A program made the position numbers and the translations under genes. A stretch of 64,000 nucleotides of DNA from a virus, in the IMG/VR virus record IMGVR_UViG_3300048591_001244, positions 1-64,000 of that record; one strand, given 5' to 3'. Below are positions 1-8,498 of this stretch, in pieces. Below the pieces are notes generated by a model. That model was given only the letters and a program-made list of their open reading frames with translations. It was not told the origin of the DNA and made no database searches. How positions within the stretch are numbered: the first letter of the stretch is position 1; every line of letters begins with the position of its first letter.

Positions 1-167
1 ACAAGCTCATTCTTTTTGATATTGAAGGACAAGACAGAGGTGGAATCTTTTTGACATTGCCTGAGTTCCTTCAAAAGAAAATTGAACTTTCTCCTGAATG
101 GAGCCGAAATCCATTTGAGGAAACGCCAATCGCTCCTGCAGAAGAAATAGGTGCAGACGAGTTTTAA
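1..167 (+). CDS. Partial CDS (C-terminus), possible ssDNA-binding/replication protein
   Basis: Frame 3 reads KLILFDIEGQDRGGIFLTLPEFLQKKIELSPEW...EEIGADEF*, with an acidic-aromatic C-terminal tail; 5' end is outside the window. Confidence 0.5.
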   Translation, partial: KLILFDIEGQDRGGIFLTLPEFLQKKIELSPEWSRNPFEETPIAPAEEIGADEF

Positions 168-173
168 AAAAAA

Positions 174-722
174 ATGAGAGTAAAGAGAGTTTACAAGAAA
201 CCAGACATTTACGCTCCTGTCGGACTTCATTTAGCAGAACTAAAAGATATTCGATATGCACGTAAACCAGATGGTAACATAATCTATGATCAGTCAGGAG
301 TTCACCCAATTGTAAAACTCAAGATTGGCTTAGATACCTCTGCAGGAAAAGAAGATATCATATTCAATGTAGGCACTACACCAAATGTTGAATGGATCTG
401 GAAAAACCTGAGAGGCGCATTGAAGATAAAAAGTGACGAGAAGAAAAACGTTCTTGAAGCTATTGGAGAAAAGTTTTATGTCATCGTTGCAGGAAAGGCA
501 AAACTTGATGCTACCGGTGTTGTTCTTGATGATAAAGGACAAGTTACATACTCTTCAAAGGAATTAAGAATGAAGTTCTTTCAGTACAATGAAAATGGCT
601 TCAAGCCAATTTTAGAAGGTGATCCGGAGAGAAGAGATGGAATTCCTGCAGGTGATTTTCTGCTTAATGAGGTTGACATTAAAGAGTACTTAAAACTGAA
701 TACGCCATCAGATGAATTCTGA
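174..722 (+). CDS. Hypothetical protein, possible SSB-like OB fold
   Basis: 182-aa ORF, beta-rich N-terminus (APVGLHLAELKDI), ends PSDEF. Confidence 0.45.
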   Translation: MRVKRVYKKPDIYAPVGLHLAELKDIRYARKPDGNIIYDQSGVHPIVKLKIGLDTSAGKEDIIFNVGTTPNVEWIWKNLRGALKIKSDEKKNVLEAIGEKFYVIVAGKAKLDATGVVLDDKGQVTYSSKELRMKFFQYNENGFKPILEGDPERRDGIPAGDFLLNEVDIKEYLKLNTPSDEF

Positions 723-1209
723 ACCAAAGGAAAAGTTTACTGGAGTAGTGAAAAATGGAATCATTATCCATAACAAACCGCTGTCTTATTCAATTGCGAT
801 AAAGAGGCTGGAAGGGCAAGAGGTAGAATATACCCTTGCCCCCAGGTTTGTTCAGGCTACAAGTGATCAGCATGGCTATTACAGAGCTTCTATCCGTTGG
901 TTGATAGACAATATCGAATCTTTCGGTGGATGGGAACAAGAAGCACTACATAACTTCTTTGCAAGGAAATTCCTTTCTCATAGATTTATGGAAAAGATCA
1001 TCTGGCCTGATGGGAAAGAAGAATTGGCAGAGTTTGTTCATGTAGCAAAAACTTCTACCATTGGAAAGAAAAGGATGGCTGAGTACATTACTAATGTATG
1101 GGCCTATTTAGCAGAGAGAGGAATTTACGTTCCGGAAAGTGAATCTGTAGACCCGGGAAAATATGCAACACGAGTTAAAATAAAAAAGAATGAGTCTGAT
1201 AAAAAATGA
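712..1209 (+). CDS. NinB/lambda Orf-like recombination accessory protein
   Basis: TSDQHGYY...G-W-x-x-EALHNFF...KTSTIGKKRMAEYITNVWAYLAERGIYVP resembles the NinB family pattern. Confidence 0.65.
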   Translation: MNSEPKEKFTGVVKNGIIIHNKPLSYSIAIKRLEGQEVEYTLAPRFVQATSDQHGYYRASIRWLIDNIESFGGWEQEALHNFFARKFLSHRFMEKIIWPDGKEELAEFVHVAKTSTIGKKRMAEYITNVWAYLAERGIYVPESESVDPGKYATRVKIKKNESDKK

Positions 1210-1492
1210 TAACACTATCAGGGAACTGATAATTTCCAGAACAGAGAAGGAATTGAATATTCCCAAGAGTCAGATTATTGAAGATGCTCTAAGTTATGGA
1301 GTGAGCATTAATTTTGCAGCATTGTCAAGGTACTTCAAAAATGAGGCAAAGGATTCGATGCGTAGTAGCCTTACCGAATTTCAAGTACTTTGGCTTTGTT
1401 GTAGATATCGCATCGAAGTGAAAGTAAAAATCAAAAAGCAACCTTATTCTAAGGAGAGTGCTGTTAAAAATCTTAAAACCTGTAAATCATGA
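1190..1492 (+). CDS. Hypothetical protein, possible HTH DNA-binding
   Basis: 100-aa ORF overlapping both neighbours; INFAALSRYF helix. Confidence 0.55.
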   Translation: MSLIKNDNTIRELIISRTEKELNIPKSQIIEDALSYGVSINFAALSRYFKNEAKDSMRSSLTEFQVLWLCCRYRIEVKVKIKKQPYSKESAVKNLKTCKS

Positions 1493-1737
1493 ATCCAATA
1501 AAATTTCCAGAGGTTAACAAAACATATGCTGAAAATCAACCGGAATATCAGCCAATTCCTGTATATCAAGATCCCGGACCAGATGGATATGTAATTAGTT
1601 GTTGGCAACTATCATGGAAAGAAAGACTTAAAATTCTTTTTACTGGAAAATTATGGATGGGTTTAATGTGTTTTCACAAACCATTGACTCCAAGTAATCT
1701 CTCTGTTTATAAAAGCGACTTTTTAAATGCAAATTAA
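1489..1737 (+). CDS. Conserved phage hypothetical protein
   Basis: ATGA overlap; motif ENQPEYxPIP...VISCWQLSWKER. Confidence 0.7.
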   Translation: MNPIKFPEVNKTYAENQPEYQPIPVYQDPGPDGYVISCWQLSWKERLKILFTGKLWMGLMCFHKPLTPSNLSVYKSDFLNAN

Positions 1738-2302
1738 AAGAACTCTCTATTGGCCTATTACGGTCATGGGCAAGCCACGAATGACACGTAGCGACAAGTG
1801 GAAAAAAAGAGATCGTGTTGTCAATTACAGAACTATCGCTGATGCATTGAGGACATTTGCAGATAAAGATAAATTTACTCTTGGAAATCATTTACATGCT
1901 GTTTTTTTTCTGCCTATGTCAGAATCATGGAGTGAAAAAAAGAAGGCTGAAATGCATGGAACACTACACAATGAAATGCCGGACACCGACAATTTACTCA
2001 AGTCGATTTGTGATTCTCTGGCAAAACAGGATAAAGAAATTGCTGTCAAATTAGGAGTAAAACTATGGAGCTATGAAGGAGGACTTTTGCTATACGAATA
2101 CGAGCAGGATCAAATTGTACTCAGCAGATTGGATCTTCGGCTTACAAGCATTCAACAAAACCAACTTCATTCAGGTCCAGAAGATGCCAACAATGTACCT
2201 GAGCAAAGAGATGTTAAATCTATCCTTCTCAGCAGTCAGAAGAACTATCAAATATTTCGATCTTTACTCAAAGGACAGAAAAAGAATAATAAAAACACCT
2301 AA
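1727..2302 (+). CDS. rusA: RusA-family Holliday junction resolvase
   Basis: GKPRMTRSDKWKKR, FFLPMSESWS, PDTDNLLKSICDSL...D catalytic aspartates. Confidence 0.85.
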   Translation: MQIKRTLYWPITVMGKPRMTRSDKWKKRDRVVNYRTIADALRTFADKDKFTLGNHLHAVFFLPMSESWSEKKKAEMHGTLHNEMPDTDNLLKSICDSLAKQDKEIAVKLGVKLWSYEGGLLLYEYEQDQIVLSRLDLRLTSIQQNQLHSGPEDANNVPEQRDVKSILLSSQKNYQIFRSLLKGQKKNNKNT

Positions 2303-2465
2303 CTTTGATGTACCACTAATTTTTGAAATTCATTGGAGAGAACAAATAGGAATAAGCAATGTCACATATGAAGAATTTATCAAGTCCACTTACAGAGAAA
2401 TTATCCTGGCAAGAAATGTTGCTCGACAACATATTGAAGAAGCCGAACGCGATCAAATTACGTGA
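2073..2465 (+). CDS. Hypothetical protein overlapping rusA and ung, start uncertain
   Basis: 130-aa open frame with plausible composition, but heavily overlapped. Confidence 0.3.
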   Translation: MKEDFCYTNTSRIKLYSADWIFGLQAFNKTNFIQVQKMPTMYLSKEMLNLSFSAVRRTIKYFDLYSKDRKRIIKTPNFDVPLIFEIHWREQIGISNVTYEEFIKSTYREIILARNVARQHIEEAERDQIT

Positions 2466-3102
2466 GTTCATTGCCCGGCAACGTATTGATGAAGAAGTCT
2501 TTCCTGAGCAACATGAAGTCTTTCGAATTTATAAAGACTTGCAACCCTCAGATGTTCATGTAGTCATTCTTGGATTTGATCCTTACATAATTTCAGGAGT
2601 ATCAGATGGATATGCTTACAGTTCAAAAAAGATGGGCTTTATCCCGCGGGTCTTAGATACCATTATCAAAGAAATTTATCTGCAGCATCAAAAGAAATAC
2701 TATTCCTCAAGGCAACAGGATGGCCGTTTAGACGGTCTTGTAAATCAAGGAGTCTTTCTACTTAATAGATATCTTACTTCAGTAGGCCCCAAATCAAGAG
2801 GTCACAAACAAAGAGGATGGGAAGATATCATTGATGCAACAATGGAAATCTTAGGATCCAAAAATCAGAAACCTACAGTTTTCCTACTTTGGGGTAAGGA
2901 ACTTCAAGCCTTTTCAAAGTTTATCGATCAGGATGTTCATCTGATAATAAAAAACAATGCTCCCGGTGGTAATGCGTATCACAAAAAGAGCAAGAATAAA
3001 TTTTCACAGGACAACACTTGCTTTTTAGAGGCAAATATATTTTTGAAAAAGAATGGCCGGCAGGAAATCGACTGGCTCAGTTTTAACCCAACAGAATTTT
3101 AA
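2359..3102 (+). CDS. ung: Family-1 uracil-DNA glycosylase-like protein with variant motifs
   Basis: VVILGFDPY, DGYAYS, QGVFLLNRYLT, H...GWE, VFLLWG, ANIFL...IDW. Confidence 0.85.
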   Translation: MSHMKNLSSPLTEKLSWQEMLLDNILKKPNAIKLREFIARQRIDEEVFPEQHEVFRIYKDLQPSDVHVVILGFDPYIISGVSDGYAYSSKKMGFIPRVLDTIIKEIYLQHQKKYYSSRQQDGRLDGLVNQGVFLLNRYLTSVGPKSRGHKQRGWEDIIDATMEILGSKNQKPTVFLLWGKELQAFSKFIDQDVHLIIKNNAPGGNAYHKKSKNKFSQDNTCFLEANIFLKKNGRQEIDWLSFNPTEF

Positions 3103-3114
3103 AAAAAAACAACT

Positions 3115-3561
3115 ATGAAATTACAAGAAGAAGGATTCCCAGTATTGCCACTATGGCTCAAAGAAGGGCGAATGACTATTGAGGTCATGAAAATTAAAGG
3201 AAAGACAAAATCCGGAATTGATCTTGAAGAAGATCAGACAATCTTTTTAAGAACAGGAAAAATTGTTGCCTTAACTGAAAATCTTGTAAGAGAATACGGG
3301 TTAAAAGTAGGTGATTACGTTCTTTTTAATATGCTTTCCGGTGGAGTTGTTAAAATCGACTTCAATAAAGTTGAGGGAAAACTTCTATCGTTCTTACATG
3401 GAATGGATGTCTTTGGTGTTTGGACAACCGATCCTGTTGCTTATTATCAGGGTGGTGTTGTTCCTGGTAATCTATCTGATACGATCGTTACAGAGAAGCC
3501 TGCAGAGATCCCTGAAGGATTCAGTTCTGATCCTATAGGTATGCAGATAATCAAGGAGTAA
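3115..3561 (+). CDS. GroES/Cpn10-like co-chaperonin
   Basis: KTKSGIDL mobile-loop-like segment, TGKIVA, GLKVGDYVLF. Confidence 0.7.
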   Translation: MKLQEEGFPVLPLWLKEGRMTIEVMKIKGKTKSGIDLEEDQTIFLRTGKIVALTENLVREYGLKVGDYVLFNMLSGGVVKIDFNKVEGKLLSFLHGMDVFGVWTTDPVAYYQGGVVPGNLSDTIVTEKPAEIPEGFSSDPIGMQIIKE

Positions 3562-3845
3562 TGCTACAGATGCTCCCGGGATTACGCGGATGGAGAAAGA
3601 GCATTTTAGAAAAGGAAATCGAAATTACTCTTGTAATCATTCGTGAAAAGTATGAATCCAGCTTTGTCTTAAAAGTCAAAGAAGTTCCAGAGGTTGGAAC
3701 TGTGATAACGAAAAAACTGATCGATCCAATGACAGTTGGAAAGGTTGTAAAAGTTGACAATCGTGAAGGGTGGTATTTGGTGTATGAAAAAAAGGTTGAT
3801 ATCCTTTCAAAATTGTGGAAAGTTGAATGGGATGAAAACTTTTAA
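3561..3845 (+). CDS. Hypothetical protein
   Basis: 94-aa ORF coupled by TAATG overlap. Confidence 0.55.
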   Translation: MLQMLPGLRGWRKSILEKEIEITLVIIREKYESSFVLKVKEVPEVGTVITKKLIDPMTVGKVVKVDNREGWYLVYEKKVDILSKLWKVEWDENF

Positions 3846-3851
3846 ATTAAA

Positions 3852-3883
3852 TTTGGAACTTTAAAAATTCTGTTTTACATTTG
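3852..3883 (+). promoter_or_regulatory. Bacteroidota sigma-70-type promoter
   Basis: TTTG at 3852-3855 (-33) and TACATTTG at 3876-3883 (TAnnTTTG, -7). Confidence 0.7.
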
Positions 3884-3889
3884 TCCTGT

Positions 3890-4300
3890 TGTAAGGCGTT
3901 GACAGGCGAAACAACAAAAAAATCTTACTATCGGTTCGCCGAGCGAAATTCCCAGAAAGTCCTGTCAACGTTTATTGATGGGATTTCGTGTTTATAGGGT
4001 TTCGCTTCGGATTACAGGCTGAACAACCAGCGCCCAGATTCTAGCTAAAAGAATCAAATAAGCCGATAGTTGTATTTCTTGCACATCGTTCTAGTGGTGG
4101 CTCTGTCTTGCTCCTGACAACATACCGACCTGAAAATAAAAGAAAGCGATGTACCACCTTACAGGGTGTGGATACTTGAGAAAGTAACAGCTTAAAGAAA
4201 ATCAATAGCTGAAAAATGATTTTCTACTTCTGAAAACCAATTTGTCCTATTTTGATTAAGATAAGGCATAAGGCACATTCAGGGATAAAAAGGAGTGTGT
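3890..4300 (+). ncRNA. Candidate structured non-coding RNA or long leader
   Basis: ORF-free ~440 nt after a promoter, with several complementary segments (3897-3906/3961-3970, 3944-3954/3979-3988, 4083-4092/4141-4152, 4196-4204/4217-4225). Confidence 0.4.
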
Positions 4301-4332
4301 TTAAATAAAAAAAACTAAAAACAAAATAAATC

Positions 4333-4530
4333 ATGGCACATGCAATAGAGCAACAGCAGTATATAAAAAATGTTGGTCAATATATGGGAATTGAAATAAC
4401 TTGGGGCGGAATTGGATCTAATATATCCGGAACATCTCGATTTTACGCAACTCTTCCAAATGGAACAAAAGTAAGCTCTCCTGTTAAGAGATATTTAAAG
4501 AAACGAATTAAAAAATTCTTTAATACTTGA
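4333..4530 (+). CDS. Hypothetical protein
   Basis: 65-aa ORF preceded by an A-rich Bacteroidota-type leader. Confidence 0.65.
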   Translation: MAHAIEQQQYIKNVGQYMGIEITWGGIGSNISGTSRFYATLPNGTKVSSPVKRYLKKRIKKFFNT

Positions 4531-4537
4531 AAATAAC

Positions 4538-4545
4538 TATCTTTG
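4538..4545 (+). promoter_or_regulatory. TAnnTTTG -7 box
   Basis: TATCTTTG about 35 nt upstream of a terminator hairpin. Confidence 0.45.
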
Positions 4546-4580
4546 AATTCGACTTTGACATAGGTTGATTTAGACAGAAG

Positions 4581-4612
4581 AACCCCGACAGAATACCGTT
4601 GGGGTTTTTTTT
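4581..4612. terminator. Intrinsic terminator between convergent modules
   Basis: AACCCCGAC-loop-GTTGGGGTT followed by a T tract. Confidence 0.8.
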
Positions 4613-5039
4613 ATGGATTGACGATTAAGATATGATCTAGTCCGGTCCAGCGGATATCTAAATGATTCCAGCCTTTAGTAAAATCTACATTTTCCATTGT
4701 AGTAAGCCCGGCTTTCATAAAAGCTTTCTCATTTGCCAGGATAACATCATAGACCTCTTTGGCTGTCATTCCGGAAGTATTGCTATCGTAAGCCCTGCCA
4801 AACTTATGCTGAGATAAATTACCGCCTGTAGTTGTATTTGGCGGCCTGAAACCTCTCAGACTAAAAGCTCCACCACTATCCCAATTGTTCACATAAACAG
4901 GCAAATCAAAAAAGGTTCTATGGAATTCTGCCAATGCAATTAGCCTGGGATCTAAAAACATGATCGATCTTTTATTCCAACCGGCAAATATTGCTTTTGG
5001 AACAAATTCTTCTATATCAAAATTATCACTGAGTTTCAT
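4611..5039 (-). CDS. Endolysin, peptidase M15 family
   Basis: RGFRPP...SQHKFGRAYD...WNHLDIR (SxH-x6-D...H zinc ligands). Confidence 0.85.
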   Translation of the reverse strand: MKLSDNFDIEEFVPKAIFAGWNKRSIMFLDPRLIALAEFHRTFFDLPVYVNNWDSGGAFSLRGFRPPNTTTGGNLSQHKFGRAYDSNTSGMTAKEVYDVILANEKAFMKAGLTTMENVDFTKGWNHLDIRWTGLDHILIVNP

Positions 5040-5614
5040 GGCTTCCTTCTTAAAGAGATTTTAAGTTGTACTGACCCCATCCAGCTTTTAGATAGCGCAT
5101 CTTTTCCAACAGAGAAGATATCGCCTCTACGATTCTGAAACGACATCACAGGACCAAATGCTAAGTCAGATCCGTCAGATAATGCAAAGGCACCAGCTAA
5201 AATACGACGGGTAGGCAGTTTGGTCTCCGTGATTAATGTCGTTGTATTGTTAATCTTGAGATTCCTCAATAATGTCTTAATACGATTGTCCTGTAAGGTG
5301 ATTTTAAGCTGTTCTGACGATAGCGAGTCTGTAAAGGTCGTATCATATGTAACAAGCTCAGATAGCCGGGAATTAAGCTGATATATCATCATAATCAGCG
5401 TATCTATATTAGTAGTCTCCACCTTGAAATTCGATGGATGAACAACAATAGATGCTGGAACAGGAGATTCTATGTAAATTGGTTGTAATTGAACAGTAGT
5501 GGTCTTTGTCTCGACTTTCTGAACCGGCGGTTCAGGTTTACCCCTACTGAGATAAATAAAAAAGCCTATACAGGCTAAAATGATTAAAATGGTATTTATG
5601 TTAAATGATTTCAT
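5036..5614 (-). CDS. Membrane-anchored lysis accessory protein (spanin-like)
   Basis: N-terminal TM helix, adjacent to the endolysin, beta-strand C-terminus. Confidence 0.5.
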   Translation of the reverse strand: MKSFNINTILIILACIGFFIYLSRGKPEPPVQKVETKTTTVQLQPIYIESPVPASIVVHPSNFKVETTNIDTLIMMIYQLNSRLSELVTYDTTFTDSLSSEQLKITLQDNRIKTLLRNLKINNTTTLITETKLPTRRILAGAFALSDGSDLAFGPVMSFQNRRGDIFSVGKDALSKSWMGSVQLKISLRRKP

Positions 5615-5677
5615 CTTTTAGCAAAGCCGTCCGGGTAGAGCAGTTCAGCATGAGCAAACCCTACCCGGAACATGGCT

Positions 5678-5908
5678 TTATTTTTTTAATGGATTTTTTC
5701 TCCACTTGTACCCTGGATACATTTTCTCAAGAACCTTCTTGCGATGATAGATCCCACTACGAGAAGGATACTTATCAGGACTGTTGATATTTCCATTGGT
5801 ATGCAACACATGAATGTAGAAATACGCTTTGGTTTTCCACCATTCGATATAACCTGTTTTCTTTGCCATGAGCTTACTCTTTAATTGACAGAATTGTCTT
5901 GTCTCCAA
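5678..5908 (-). CDS. Small hypothetical protein, DUF1508/YegP-like; start probably at MAKKTGY
   Basis: YFYIHVLHTNGNINSPDKYPSRSG resembles the YegP repeat pattern. Confidence 0.4.
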   Translation of the reverse strand: METRQFCQLKSKLMAKKTGYIEWWKTKAYFYIHVLHTNGNINSPDKYPSRSGIYHRKKVLEKMYPGYKWRKNPLKK

Positions 5909-6254
5909 TTGTCATTGGAGTTGTTGTTCCAAGAGCAAGAATAGCAGCATTCAGAGTTATAACCCCTTTTGATATCCAAGCTATAACCACTTCTGAAAGG
6001 CCAAATAACTCTTGATTAGCAACAATGCTACCACCGACCATTATTACAACACCAAAAATATTTACAATCCAAAATCCGGCAGACATATTTTTTAGCCAGA
6101 CTCCGGAATCGGATGTTTTCTTTAGCCACATGATAATAGCTGAATTTGCTATTCCAACAATAGCAATTCCAATTGGGCCGAATGCATCAGTCATATTCAT
6201 TAAGAATATAACTACCATTGACAAAATAACTACTCCTAACGATTTCTTTTTCAT
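5874..6254 (-). CDS. Putative holin
   Basis: 126 aa, about 4 hydrophobic helices, basic N-terminus, within the lysis cluster. Confidence 0.65.
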   Translation of the reverse strand: MKKKSLGVVILSMVVIFLMNMTDAFGPIGIAIVGIANSAIIMWLKKTSDSGVWLKNMSAGFWIVNIFGVVIMVGGSIVANQELFGLSEVVIAWISKGVITLNAAILALGTTTPMTIGDKTILSIKE

Positions 6255-6302
6255 GTGATTTTTTTTAGATGTTTAATTTTGAATAACAAGTATACGAATT
6301 AT

Positions 6303-6995
6303 TTAATCAATAAATTTCAATGTTCTATGGTACCCGATAATATTTCCCTTGGGATCAGTAAGCCTTGTAGCTTTTGAAGATACATGATACTCAGTGCCTT
6401 TTTTATCTACAATATAATAAGTTGACTCATAATCCCTTTCGGCCATAATAGCATCGTTAAAATCTTTCCAAACTCTCGACCTGTCCGATTCTGCAATACA
6501 ATTAATCCATCCACTTCCTTTTATTTCTGACTGATCCCTTTCTGTTGTGCTCCTAAAAAGTCTGTTTGCTCTTAAAACTTCACCTTTTGGATTGGTCATT
6601 AATATCATCTCTTCCTCATTCTTATCAATCATTGTCAAAATAAGAGCATGAGTCATGGTTGTCATTTCTTTCATGCTCTGCCCTCCATTGTTGGGATTGA
6701 ATTCTTTTATCATTGTCTCATGCTGACTTTTTAGTTTTTCAACATCAGAGGTAAGAATTTTTATCCCTGCAATCCCGCTTGTCATCAATGTTGTTAGATT
6801 ATCAAGCCTTGCATTAGTCGCAGCTCTTCCGGATATCTTATCGAATATTGGCATCATAATTTTTCTCCAAGCATACATTACATATTTATGAACATTAACT
6901 TTGTATCCAGCCCATATTGCAAATAAAGATACAATAATTGCCAGGAAGTCTTTTATGTCAATTTTAGCTTCTTTAAGTATCTGATACCACTCCAC
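6303..6995 (-). CDS. Membrane protein with a C-terminal PAS domain
   Basis: TM helix (FLAIIVSLFAIWAGY), coiled segment, then ILMTNPKGEVLRANRLF...EIKGSGWINCIAESDRSRV...YYIVDKKG...TDPKGNIIGY (PAS/PAC). Confidence 0.8.
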   Translation of the reverse strand: MEWYQILKEAKIDIKDFLAIIVSLFAIWAGYKVNVHKYVMYAWRKIMMPIFDKISGRAATNARLDNLTTLMTSGIAGIKILTSDVEKLKSQHETMIKEFNPNNGGQSMKEMTTMTHALILTMIDKNEEEMILMTNPKGEVLRANRLFRSTTERDQSEIKGSGWINCIAESDRSRVWKDFNDAIMAERDYESTYYIVDKKGTEYHVSSKATRLTDPKGNIIGYHRTLKFID

Positions 6996-6997
6996 AT

Positions 6998-8254
6998 CTA
7001 TTCCAGTTCTTGGGCCATCTCAAGGTGAGAGGGCAAGGTTTCATTGATAAAATCAGGATCGGCAAAGGCCGGTAAATATTCAACTTCTACTCCGTCAATC
7101 ATTCTTGCCATTGGAACAGAGCTTGGCTGTGCTACTCTCAAGAAGTCAAGAGCAAAGACTATATATCCGTCTGTTTTCAGATTACTATAATTCATAGCAT
7201 CAAATCCCTTTTTCCACTCGAAGTATGCCTCATCTAGCGAATGAGCTTTATAATACCCCTGCATAAAATCAGGTTCTGCTGAAAGTATAGGACGGAAAAT
7301 CGGTATTTCGTTTTGGGCTTTTGCTTCTCTATTTAAGTCATTACACCTTGTTCTCGACCTGCCAAAATCAGGAGATGAATAGTACATGTGAACAATCAAA
7401 ACATCTGTTTGAGCGATCAATGTTTTGGGCGCATCTATTTCAAATGGAGTTTTAAACCAGCCGAAATAATCATAAATCGTTTCAACCTGACCATTGGATT
7501 TGCCAGCCTTCATTTCAGACAAATATCTTTTGTTGTCAAGCCAGGCTAATCCTCTTGATGCTTCAGTTGAACTTGTTTCACTTGCCTTTGTCTTGTCAAA
7601 CGTATAGCCACCTGTTGAAGTTGGGTAAGCATTCCAAGGCTCAAATTCTAAATTCCAGCCGTCAAAGTCTGCTGAATCGGCATTGTTTTTATTGAAAGTT
7701 GTTGCTGCACCAACGCATGAAGCAGAGTTTCCGCGAGCTGCGACAATTTCCTTAATGCCAGATTCTTTTCGCATTCTGATATGGAGCTTTGCAAGTGCCG
7801 GCTCTTTCGAAGTGCCTAAAATATCTCCAAGATTGTATTCGTGAACTGCATTAATCTTCCAGAATTTTAAGTCATAGCATAAAGCATCTTCGTACATTTT
7901 GTTTCCGACAATATTTTTAAATCCGTTTAGATAAAGCCCTCTGTATAAAGTATCAGCATCAACCGGTTCAGTTATCGTATCACAATACATTGAAAGGATT
8001 CTGCCAGTATCAGCCGTAACAAAATAAGGCACATCAATCTTGATAGTATCCTTCCTACATTTTGCTAAAATTGCAGCTGTATCAGGAACAAATAGATTCT
8101 TATACATAGTCAGGATTGCCAGGGTATCAGCCGGGACGGTCCTGATCTCAGGTATGCAGTAACCCATGAAGATGAATTTCTTCTTGGGCTGGTTTAATGT
8201 TTGCCCCTGAGTTGTCAGCCATAGCAGCGATAGTATGAGGGTTAGGAATCTCAT
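6998..8254 (-). CDS. Secreted glycoside-hydrolase-like (TIM-barrel) protein
   Basis: Sec signal peptide MRFLTLILSLLWLTTQG; FDGWNLEFEPW (GH18-like DGxxxxxE); xDTx repeats. Confidence 0.55.
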   Translation of the reverse strand: MRFLTLILSLLWLTTQGQTLNQPKKKFIFMGYCIPEIRTVPADTLAILTMYKNLFVPDTAAILAKCRKDTIKIDVPYFVTADTGRILSMYCDTITEPVDADTLYRGLYLNGFKNIVGNKMYEDALCYDLKFWKINAVHEYNLGDILGTSKEPALAKLHIRMRKESGIKEIVAARGNSASCVGAATTFNKNNADSADFDGWNLEFEPWNAYPTSTGGYTFDKTKASETSSTEASRGLAWLDNKRYLSEMKAGKSNGQVETIYDYFGWFKTPFEIDAPKTLIAQTDVLIVHMYYSSPDFGRSRTRCNDLNREAKAQNEIPIFRPILSAEPDFMQGYYKAHSLDEAYFEWKKGFDAMNYSNLKTDGYIVFALDFLRVAQPSSVPMARMIDGVEVEYLPAFADPDFINETLPSHLEMAQELE

Positions 8255-8255
8255 A

Positions 8256-8471
8256 TTACTGAGCTATGCCTAAAGCTGTTTTAACTTGCGTTTCTGCTGC
8301 TGCAACAATCTCTTCAACTGTTCCATTAGGATAGTCGTTCATAGCTCCTTCAACTCTATTAAGAGTAGCTATGAACCCTTCCAGCTGAGAGTCTGCCAAG
8401 AATATTCCTCTTAAATAAGCACTGTCTTGAATAACAGTAAGAGCCGCTTTAAATTTCGCTAAGTCGTTCAT
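8256..8471 (-). CDS. Hypothetical protein
   Basis: 71-aa helical ORF in the operon. Confidence 0.65.
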   Translation of the reverse strand: MNDLAKFKAALTVIQDSAYLRGIFLADSQLEGFIATLNRVEGAMNDYPNGTVEEIVAAAETQVKTALGIAQ

Positions 8472-8498
8472 TTTGTTTTTTTTTTGATTGTTTAATTA

